Part shown: positions 47,143 to 55,026 of the stretch, one piece after another
Layout: every line of letters starts with the position of its first letter
Numbering within the stretch: the stretch's first letter is position 1
IMG/VR virus record: IMGVR_UViG_3300029705_006902
Span: 10,709 to 74,708 of that record
DNA: 64,000 bases
Source of the DNA: a virus
Taxonomy: Duplodnaviria > Caudoviricetes
Strand: one strand, 5' to 3'
Position numbers and translations under genes: made by a program
The notes under the pieces: model-generated
What the model was told of the DNA's origin: nothing
The model's input: the letters and a program-made list of their open reading frames with translations, nothing else
Database searches by the model: none

Positions 47143-49449
47143 TTAATCAGAGAAAGCATAATAAGCAATGCCGGCAAGAACAAAGAAAACACACGGCAGA
47201 GCTACTCCGTTGCCCCACATCTTATACTCTGCAGCATCGGAGTAGGGGTCGGTTAACCATTTCCTTATTTGCTTTTCTGTTTTCGGCTTTGAAGAGCCGT
47301 TTGTTATGATTCTATAAGATTCAAAGACTTCACTCCAGAATTGCACATCTTCTTCAGTGGGGTCGCTATTAAGATTTGAACACCACCAATCAGGAAAGCC
47401 CTGTAGCCTGGCACATTCTGTGGGTGTAAGTCTTCGAACTGCATAATGGGGATCTATAATGCCGTTTTGATAACCGGGGTTCGTACCATTCACAAGGGTG
47501 TTTGATACATTAGTTCTCGGTGATTGGCATTCCGCTTTCATCTGCGGATAAAATGACACCGGTTGTGCTACAGCACCGGGGCCACGGGAAGTGAGCGTAG
47601 GTTGTTTGTCTTTTTCAATGCCCGGTTTATACTGTGCGTTCTGACCTTGATTAAAGGCTGCACGGTCTATTCCGTAGCAAGGTTCATTTACGATTGCAGC
47701 ATCTTTATAATCTCTTGAAAGAAGAGTTGGAGATTTTTCTTTTATCGGCTGTGCATAATATCCGGTGGTCATCGAGTAAACCGCGTGTCGGTCAACAGTA
47801 TTGAGAGTATACATAACATCGGATTCTTTGAAACCATCACCTTGGTGAGAGGGTCGAGAACCATTACCTTCAATAACAATAGTTTTATCCTTGACGCAAA
47901 CAGCGGGTTCACCACCATGAGTACAGGCAAGAGTAGGAGCAACCTCCTCACTTACACTGCACGAGCTTTTACCCCCACCTTGGTCTACACACACCACAGC
48001 AATACCGCCTTGATTGCAACCGGGATTTCCTCCGTTGGCATCAAGGGTTCTGCTTGTATCTGCTTCATAAATACCGCTGTGAGGGTTATCGGACAGCATC
48101 GCATTTGATTTATCGGCACTAATACCGAAAGGTTGAAGAACGCAATTGAAATGGTTTTTGTCAGGCATTCGCTGACTACCACCGGCATTATGAGCTGTAA
48201 GGGTTCCGGCTGTTTGTTCACCATCCCAATTACACGGCTCAAAAAGAGTCTGATCATTGTTGCAAGCGAGGGTTGCCGATTTGTTTTCCTGTATCAAAGG
48301 ACCCTTCCCACCGCCTTCACAGCCACTGCGTATTTTCATAACGAGAGGGACATTCCCTCCACCTGTTCCCATTCGGGAAGTTAGGGTTTGTATTGTTTCA
48401 CTCTCGTCAAGTTTAACTCTGCTGTCTGCCGGATGATTCTCAAGAGCGATTGCGGCCGGAACAACCCCTGCACGGAGTGTAGGTGAGCGTTCCTCTTCAT
48501 ATCCTATGGTTCGGCTTTTGGCTGAATGCTCTGTACAAAAACCTGCGGACTCCATTACACACGGAGGATGATGTGCTTCGGCTCTTAATGTAGCCGTAAC
48601 ATCTTCTGTTACATCCATTCGGCTTCCGCCTTGGTCATTCAGAATAATTCCGTTCCTACCTGTGGACATCCCACAGTTCACTCCAAGAGTTGAAGAAACC
48701 TCATCGGTTACGACTCCGTTATAGCCATCGAAGCCTGACGCTCCAACGCAAGTCGAAGAACCTCCGGTAGCTCTTTGCCACGCACGGAAGCTCTCCGCAG
48801 AATACCTTGACAGGCCTTCTGACTCAAATAGTATTTTTCCGGCACTCCTACTTGCAAAATCTGCGACAAGATAGATGCGTTTTCTTCGTTGGGGTACTCC
48901 GAAATATTGTGCGTCAAGAACGCGGTAAGCAATGCTCCATCCGTCTCCCATGATAAGGTCGGCGTAAGCCCATCTTCCTTTTTCAGGCATAGGCACCTGG
49001 GCATTCGGTTCGATGACACCAATGAACGCTTCGAGTACGGCACGGAAATCTTCGCCTTTGTTTGAGGAGAAGGCTCCGGGGACATTTTCCCAGACTGCGT
49101 ATCTTGGGTATTTGCCATTTGTGGCACACCTCATTTCTTTTATAATTCTGATTGCTTCATAAAACAAAACCGACTGTGTTCCATCAAGTCCGGCTCTCTT
49201 ACCCGCAACTGACATATCCGTGCAAGGAGAACCAAATGAGATTATATCGACGGGTTCAACTTCTGCACCATTGATTTTTGAAACATCTCCGTAGTGTTTC
49301 ATGAAAGGAAGTCGCTTTGTTGTTACCCTTATAGGGAACGGCTCAATCTCCGATGCCCACACAGGAGTAATTCCTGCAAGCAAACCACCTAAAGGAAACC
49401 CACCAGACCCATCAAAGAGACTGGCGAGCGTTAATGTATTATCTTTCAT
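47143..49449 (-). CDS. DNA (cytosine-5)-methyltransferase with ~400-aa repetitive variable region
   Basis: SLFDGSGG (I), GSPC (IV), ENV (VI), PQRRKR (VIII), RRLTPTECARLQGFPD (IX), GNGV (X). Confidence 0.95.
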   Translation of the reverse strand: MKDNTLTLASLFDGSGGFPLGGLLAGITPVWASEIEPFPIRVTTKRLPFMKHYGDVSKINGAEVEPVDIISFGSPCTDMSVAGKRAGLDGTQSVLFYEAIRIIKEMRCATNGKYPRYAVWENVPGAFSSNKGEDFRAVLEAFIGVIEPNAQVPMPEKGRWAYADLIMGDGWSIAYRVLDAQYFGVPQRRKRIYLVADFASRSAGKILFESEGLSRYSAESFRAWQRATGGSSTCVGASGFDGYNGVVTDEVSSTLGVNCGMSTGRNGIILNDQGGSRMDVTEDVTATLRAEAHHPPCVMESAGFCTEHSAKSRTIGYEEERSPTLRAGVVPAAIALENHPADSRVKLDESETIQTLTSRMGTGGGNVPLVMKIRSGCEGGGKGPLIQENKSATLACNNDQTLFEPCNWDGEQTAGTLTAHNAGGSQRMPDKNHFNCVLQPFGISADKSNAMLSDNPHSGIYEADTSRTLDANGGNPGCNQGGIAVVCVDQGGGKSSCSVSEEVAPTLACTHGGEPAVCVKDKTIVIEGNGSRPSHQGDGFKESDVMYTLNTVDRHAVYSMTTGYYAQPIKEKSPTLLSRDYKDAAIVNEPCYGIDRAAFNQGQNAQYKPGIEKDKQPTLTSRGPGAVAQPVSFYPQMKAECQSPRTNVSNTLVNGTNPGYQNGIIDPHYAVRRLTPTECARLQGFPDWWCSNLNSDPTEEDVQFWSEVFESYRIITNGSSKPKTEKQIRKWLTDPYSDAAEYKMWGNGVALPCVFFVLAGIAYYAFSD
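48708..49118 (-). CDS. Nested same-strand alternative-frame ORF, M.EcoHK31I-beta-like
   Basis: RBS GAGGTG 8 nt before ATG 49118; EYPNEENASILSQILQVGVPEKYYLSQKACQGILRRASVRGKELP. Confidence 0.6.
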   Translation of the reverse strand: MANTQDTQSGKMSPEPSPQTKAKISVPYSKRSLVSSNRMPRCLCLKKEDGLTPTLSWETDGALLTAFLTHNISEYPNEENASILSQILQVGVPEKYYLSQKACQGILRRASVRGKELPEVLRLALERQASMAITES

Positions 49450-49462
49450 ATATTAACCCTCC

Positions 49463-50713
49463 TTAAAAAAGAGGAATAACATCGTCTTCACCGGAAACCT
49501 CGTCAAAACTGTATGTTAAGCCGTCACGCTGCACGGAAACTTCTGCCGAAGAGCCGACCTGCTCAATATACCTTTTTACGATTACATCGCAGAACTTCTC
49601 ATCAAGCTCTACAGTGTAGCAAATTCGGTCGGTCTGTTCACAGGCAATAAGGGTACTGCCCGAACCACCGAAGGGGTCAAGGACGATTGAGTTTGACATA
49701 CTTGAATTCATAATGGGATAGGCAAGAAGCGGTATAGGTTTCATTGTAGGATGTTCACCGTTTTTCTTCGGCTTATCGAATTCCCAAATGGTCGATTCTT
49801 TTCTTCCTGTGTACCACAAATGCTTACCCTTTTTCTTCCATCCGAAAAGGCAAGGCTCGTGCTGCCACTGATAAGGACTCCTGCCAAGCACTAATGACTG
49901 TTTTTTCCAAATGCAACAACCTGAAAGATTGAAGCCAGCGTCGTTGAATGCTTTTCTGAAATTCAAACCCTCTGTGTCTGCATGGAAAACATAAATGGAA
50001 GCATCATCTGCCATAGCACTTTCAGTGCATTTGAAAGCATCAAGAAGGAAATTATAAAATGAATCGTTATCCATATTATCGTTTTTGATTTTACCAGCCG
50101 AACCTTCGTAGTTTACATTGTAGGGAGGGTCGGTAATAACGAGGTTTGCTTTCTTACCACACATGAGCAGTTCAAAAGTTTCTGCTTTAGTGCTGTCACC
50201 GCAGACGAGTCTATGTCTGCCAAGTGTCCACACGTCACCGGGTTTAGAAAAAGACGGGTTTTGGAGTTCGGCTTCAACATCGAAGTCATCTTCCTTTATC
50301 CCGTCCTTAACGCTATCTTTAAATAAATCATCAAGCTCTGCTGTTTCAAAGCCTGTGAGGCTTACATCAAAATCCGCAGCCTGGAGATCAGTGATAAGAA
50401 GAGCAAGTTTATCTTTATCCCACTCACCGCTGATTTTATTAAGAGCGATGTTGAGAGCCTTTTCTTTTTCTTCTGAAAGTTCGACTACAACGCAGTCAAC
50501 TTCGGTGTAGCCCATATCCATAAGAACCTTGAGTCGCTGATGACCGCCAACAACTTTTCCGGTGGTCTTGTTCCATATGACGGGTTCTACATAACCGAAC
50601 TGTTCAATTGAACGCTTCAGCTTTTCATACTCGGCATCACCGGGTTTGAGGTCTTTTCGAGGATTATATTCCGCTGGCAGAAGTTCTGCTACTTTCTTTT
50701 TCTCAATAATCAT
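49463..50713 (-). CDS. ParB-N domain plus N6/N4 DNA methyltransferase
   Basis: YNPRK...GGHQR ParB domain; DPPY; HPTMKP; DPFGGSGST. Confidence 0.93.
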   Translation of the reverse strand: MIIEKKKVAELLPAEYNPRKDLKPGDAEYEKLKRSIEQFGYVEPVIWNKTTGKVVGGHQRLKVLMDMGYTEVDCVVVELSEEKEKALNIALNKISGEWDKDKLALLITDLQAADFDVSLTGFETAELDDLFKDSVKDGIKEDDFDVEAELQNPSFSKPGDVWTLGRHRLVCGDSTKAETFELLMCGKKANLVITDPPYNVNYEGSAGKIKNDNMDNDSFYNFLLDAFKCTESAMADDASIYVFHADTEGLNFRKAFNDAGFNLSGCCIWKKQSLVLGRSPYQWQHEPCLFGWKKKGKHLWYTGRKESTIWEFDKPKKNGEHPTMKPIPLLAYPIMNSSMSNSIVLDPFGGSGSTLIACEQTDRICYTVELDEKFCDVIVKRYIEQVGSSAEVSVQRDGLTYSFDEVSGEDDVIPLF

Positions 50714-51492
50714 ACGAGACCCCACTCGGCAAATTTCTCAAAGCCACCAATGTCGCTTATGTATTTTCTTGCCGTTTCTACAATTTCAGAATAAGGAACA
50801 CCGTTTACTTTCTCATCACCGATTGAACAGCAAAACTCAACAGGCTTACCCGTTTTCTGTGCTTCAAGGAAAGCATAAATATTTACGCTCACATCAGCCT
50901 TTGATAAGTCCTTACCGTGAAGGCCACCACCGGTTACTCCATCGGCCATATCAGAACCGAGCTTTCTGTTTGTAGCACCCGTGTCAACATTAATACCACC
51001 GGTCCAGTCACCGAGAGGATTTACCTTTGCGCCGGGATACAGTCTTTCAAGAATGCGAGAAGAAACATTGCTCTGACAAATGGTGAGTTCGATGCCGTTG
51101 ATTATGAACTTACCATCATAAGGGCAGAGACTATATAAATCTCTTGCAATATGTGACAGTTCTTTTTGTTCGGGTGTTAAAGGCATACCTTTAAAGATGC
51201 CGTTATCACCACAGCGGATTGTATTCTTCTGATTGTTTGCGAGATGCTTATCCTGGGGTACGATATGAATATCGAAACCGACATTACCTGCAATTCTTGC
51301 TATAACCTTGGCTACATCAATTTCATCAATGTCAGCAGAGGTTTCAACAATCACCGTGCAGTTTCCGTGACCGATAAGAACCTCAACTGCAATCTTGGGG
51401 TCTTTTTCTTTTCTGTATGCCAGGTCAACAATACCCCCGGCAATTCTGTCCGCTATCTTATCAGGATGCGAAGGGTTTACTTTTTCAAACAT
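50710..51492 (-). CDS. metK: Miniature S-adenosylmethionine synthetase (MetK-like, 260 aa)
   Basis: SHPDK, GDNG, DGK, GG..DTGATNRK, GGGLHGKDLSKAD motifs. Confidence 0.85.
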   Translation of the reverse strand: MFEKVNPSHPDKIADRIAGGIVDLAYRKEKDPKIAVEVLIGHGNCTVIVETSADIDEIDVAKVIARIAGNVGFDIHIVPQDKHLANNQKNTIRCGDNGIFKGMPLTPEQKELSHIARDLYSLCPYDGKFIINGIELTICQSNVSSRILERLYPGAKVNPLGDWTGGINVDTGATNRKLGSDMADGVTGGGLHGKDLSKADVSVNIYAFLEAQKTGKPVEFCCSIGDEKVNGVPYSEIVETARKYISDIGGFEKFAEWGLV

Positions 51493-51526
51493 AATGTTAA
51501 TCCTTTCCGAGCTGTATGCTCTTTGT

Positions 51527-52084
51527 TTATTTTCTTCCCTTGCGAGCTTGCAGCAAACGCTCCATAGCATCGTCCTGGGGTGTTGCACCTCCATACTCTC
51601 CGGTGCAGTTTTCTTTGACAATCTGGAAAATCTCCATCCACAGTCTGTTGGTCTGTGACATGAAGTTTTGAGCCATAGCTACATAGGGACTCTGAATCGC
51701 ATTACCCGTCGTTGGGTGTTTCGCAAGGAAACCGAACTCGGTAATTGCCGTTTCGCATTGAATCCATCTTGCTACGCTCATCGCATATCTTTCCAGGAGC
51801 TGCGGTGAAACCAAGGCGGTACATTTTCTTTCCGCCAACCACTGCCAGGTTGTTTCATACACATCGGCAGCTATCAGTTTCTTACCGTCTTTTTGGGTTG
51901 CAGATAACATCTCGGAAGGTTTCGGCATCGGTTGACCTTCTAAATCGACTGAATCATTATTAAAGTCGATGACAGTCAGCTTTCTTTTTCCGGGGTTTCC
52001 TTCAGCAATTTTATCTGCAAGAGGCTTCTTTTTAGCACCCGAGCCAACACGAGCGCCGCCTCTATTGGTGCCGTCTTTTGCCAC
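51527..52084 (-). CDS. terS: Terminase small subunit (P27 family)
   Basis: RGGARVGSG.K, GNPGKR, QSPYV; upstream of the packaging block. Confidence 0.85.
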   Translation of the reverse strand: MAKDGTNRGGARVGSGAKKKPLADKIAEGNPGKRKLTVIDFNNDSVDLEGQPMPKPSEMLSATQKDGKKLIAADVYETTWQWLAERKCTALVSPQLLERYAMSVARWIQCETAITEFGFLAKHPTTGNAIQSPYVAMAQNFMSQTNRLWMEIFQIVKENCTGEYGGATPQDDAMERLLQARKGRK

Positions 52085-52099
52085 TTTTTTACCTCCTTT

Positions 52100-52205
52100 T
52101 TAGTATTTAGGGGTTAATACCCCCTTTGAAATCGCGGTTTTGTGCGTGATACCCCACGCCCGTTGCACAAAAAATTAGTCGTGGAGATTTTGACCGCCCC
52201 TACCA
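52100..52205. other. Probable cos region
   Basis: GC-rich intergenic stretch (GGGGCGGTCAAAATCTC...GCAACGGGCGTGGGGT) between HNH and terS, the usual cos location. The cut site was not determined. Confidence 0.4.
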
Positions 52206-52565
52206 TCAGGAGTTGTGCCATCTGTCACCACGCTCTGCATGAATTTTTGCGTGACAACTCTTACAAAGAGCTATGAGGTTATCTCGGCTGTGTGTTCCAC
52301 CTTCTGACAACGGTTTCTTATGATGAACCTCTTGTGTCGGTACGAGTTTGCCATCAGCTTGACACCTCTCACACAGTGGGTGTTCTTCAACATACTTGTC
52401 TCTGATTCGTTTCCAGGCTCTACCATACCTACGACGTACAGCAGGGTCTCTGTCATACTTCTCGTAGCGTTTGGCTTCAGCCTTGGTGTGTTCTTCGCAA
52501 AACCTACCATCCGTAAGGTTAGGACATCCAGGATGAGAGCAAGGTCTCTTCGGTTTCTTTGGCAT
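52206..52565 (-). CDS. HNH endonuclease (packaging-associated)
   Basis: CSHPGCP, CERC...EVHH...NLIALCKSCH. Confidence 0.92.
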   Translation of the reverse strand: MPKKPKRPCSHPGCPNLTDGRFCEEHTKAEAKRYEKYDRDPAVRRRYGRAWKRIRDKYVEEHPLCERCQADGKLVPTQEVHHKKPLSEGGTHSRDNLIALCKSCHAKIHAERGDRWHNS

Positions 52566-52733
52566 TGGGTTCACCTTCTTTCCGGGCAAAACGAAAACCA
52601 TCGAAAGTTGGTGTGAACTCTCGATGGCTTTCATTCGCAGTTTCAAACAGGGTACTAAAACAAAAACTTTAGAAAGGAACTAATAGTTTTATTTTCAAAC
52701 TCCCTATTATAATAATAACATATGGTGGCAGTC

Positions 52734-53165
52734 TCATTCCATCTCTTTTTCTCTCATTGCAAGGAGCTTATCAATTTCTGCTATTGCTTTATCGTGGAGT
52801 CGATGAATATGCTGTATACTGTAGTACATTTCTACAGCTACTTGTTCCCAGGTTTTGTAGCAAACGTATCTTAGTTCAAGTAACATTTGCAACTCGGGTT
52901 CTTTAACAGCTCCGATTAATTTAATAATATCTCTTTTAAGGTCAACAAGCCTATCAATGTCATCATTGATACTGTGTTCAAGGTCAATGATTTTTACAAT
53001 AGTATCTTCCATTCTTGACGAGCCACGGTTAGGATTTCGAGGCATATCAGAGTATGTGGCTGTACATTTAGTAGAAAGGTCGTTCAAGTTAGAAAGAGCT
53101 TCAAGCTTGCTGTTAATTCTTTGGTCGAGTTTATAGCCTTGATTTAAATATTCTCTTGCGTCCAT
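52734..53165 (-). CDS. Late transcriptional activator (ArpU/RinA/DUF1492-like)
   Basis: LLELRYVCYKTWEQVAVEMYYSIQHIHRLH. Confidence 0.8.
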   Translation of the reverse strand: MDAREYLNQGYKLDQRINSKLEALSNLNDLSTKCTATYSDMPRNPNRGSSRMEDTIVKIIDLEHSINDDIDRLVDLKRDIIKLIGAVKEPELQMLLELRYVCYKTWEQVAVEMYYSIQHIHRLHDKAIAEIDKLLAMREKEME

Positions 53166-53167
53166 AT

Positions 53168-54532
53168 TTATACCTCCAATGTCGCTTTTACTGCATCGAT
53201 GAGAGCAGTTTGTATTTTTTCTTTTCGGTTTAAGGCTTTCATAATATTTTCATCGATTGTGCCTTTTGTAATAATGTGGTGAATGACTACGGTTTTGTCT
53301 TTCTGCCCCTGTCTCCACAGGCGAGCGTTAGTCTGTTGGTAGAGTTCCAAGCTCCAAGTAAGACCGAACCATATCAAGGTTGAACCTCCGCTTTGTAAAT
53401 TCAAGCCGTGTCCTGCAGATGCAGGATGTATGAGGGCAACTGGAAGCTCACCTCTGTTCCAACGAATAATGCTATCGGAACTGTCCAAAAGAGAAAAAGG
53501 GATGTGCTTGGCTGACAGTCGTTCTTTTATTCTCTCAAGGTCGTGTTTGAACCAATAGGCTATGAGAACTGGTTTTCCGTTTGCGGCTTCAATAAGGTCT
53601 TCAAGGGCATCCAACTTTTTATCGTGAATGGCAAGAACCTTTTTACTTTCGTTGTACACGGCACCGTTAGCCATTTGGCAGAGTTTGTTTGAAAGCACTG
53701 CAGCCGTTGAAGCATCAATCTCTTCATCGCCAAGAGAAACAACGAGTTCTCTCTTGAAAGTTTCGTATACTTTCTTTTCCTTTTCTGAAAGAGTAACTGA
53801 CACTTCGTTCATAACACAATCGGGCATATTCAAGAAGTCCTTTGCCCTCATAGAAATCGTTATATCGGCTATTTGCTTATGTATGCTTTCTTCTGAACCG
53901 GGAAGAGGTTTGTACGAGAAAATCACCTGTCCATTTCTCTTATCCGGCTGAAAATAATTGTTGCGGTAATGGGTTATGAATTTACCGAGACGCTTTCCCA
54001 TATCAAGCAGTCTGAACTCTGCCCATAAATCCATAAGTCCGTTACTGCTCGGTGTACCGGTTAAACCTACAATCCTTTTTATATGGGGTCTTACTTTCAT
54101 AAGAGAACGGAAGCGTTTTGTTTGATATGATTTGAAGGATGACAGCTCATCTATTACAACCATATCGTAATCAAAGGCAGTTCCGCTTTCTTCAATAAGC
54201 CACTGAACATTTTCTCGGTTTATGAGGTACACACTTGCTTTTTTATTGAGAGCTTCTTTTCTTTCAGCCTCTGTGCCTATTGCTACGGCATAGGTTAATC
54301 CTTTGAGGTGGTCCCACTTTTTTATTTCGGCAGCCCATGTATCTCTTGCTACTCTTAAAGGCGCAATGACGAGTACTTTTGAAATTTCAAAGCGGTCAAA
54401 AAGCAGCTCATAAATTGCTGTTAAAGTTATCACCGTTTTACCAAGTCCCATGTCGAGGAAGACAGCCGCTATAGGATTGTCCACAATGAACTGTGTTGCA
54501 TAGGCTTGGTAGTTATGAGGCTTGTATTGCAT
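53168..54532 (-). CDS. SNF2-family helicase
   Basis: DMGLGKT, VIDELS, LTGTP, SAGHGLNLQ, RLWRQGQ. Confidence 0.93.
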   Translation of the reverse strand: MQYKPHNYQAYATQFIVDNPIAAVFLDMGLGKTVITLTAIYELLFDRFEISKVLVIAPLRVARDTWAAEIKKWDHLKGLTYAVAIGTEAERKEALNKKASVYLINRENVQWLIEESGTAFDYDMVVIDELSSFKSYQTKRFRSLMKVRPHIKRIVGLTGTPSSNGLMDLWAEFRLLDMGKRLGKFITHYRNNYFQPDKRNGQVIFSYKPLPGSEESIHKQIADITISMRAKDFLNMPDCVMNEVSVTLSEKEKKVYETFKRELVVSLGDEEIDASTAAVLSNKLCQMANGAVYNESKKVLAIHDKKLDALEDLIEAANGKPVLIAYWFKHDLERIKERLSAKHIPFSLLDSSDSIIRWNRGELPVALIHPASAGHGLNLQSGGSTLIWFGLTWSLELYQQTNARLWRQGQKDKTVVIHHIITKGTIDENIMKALNRKEKIQTALIDAVKATLEV

Positions 54533-54794
54533 TTATCGTCACTCCAATCTGCTCGGCACTGTCTATGCAGTAAACTAAAAAGCCGAGTGATTCTAACTGT
54601 CTTTTTCGCTTTACTTGTAGAGGTCTCATTGTTTCACCAGGTGCTTTCAACTCAATAAAAGCTATCTTGCCCTTTGGGAGGAGTACCAGTCTGTCTGGCA
54701 CTCCATTTAACCCTGGGCATATAAACTTAAGAGCGAGACCACCTTTGGCTTTGACAGCCTTTACAAGTTTTGCTTCGATGGTTTTTTCTCTCAT
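54513..54794 (-). CDS. VRR-NUC domain nuclease
   Basis: GVPDRLVLL...FIELKAPG. Confidence 0.92.
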   Translation of the reverse strand: MREKTIEAKLVKAVKAKGGLALKFICPGLNGVPDRLVLLPKGKIAFIELKAPGETMRPLQVKRKRQLESLGFLVYCIDSAEQIGVTINAIQAS

Positions 54795-55026
54795 AAAACC
54801 TCCGTGTTTCTCATTGCTGTTGCCCTTGGTGTTTAAAACATTTTGTGTATATATGCCTATACGCATTGCCTATGTGTCCTTTTTTCTATACTTATAAACT
54901 TTAAGTAGTTAATGGGAAACATAGGCAACAAAGCAGACAACTTGCCTAACGGTGTACCCTTGGAGTGTTTACCATTGCCGTTGACAACACCCCTTTAAGG
55001 CAACAAATGGAAACGGATTAGATTTG

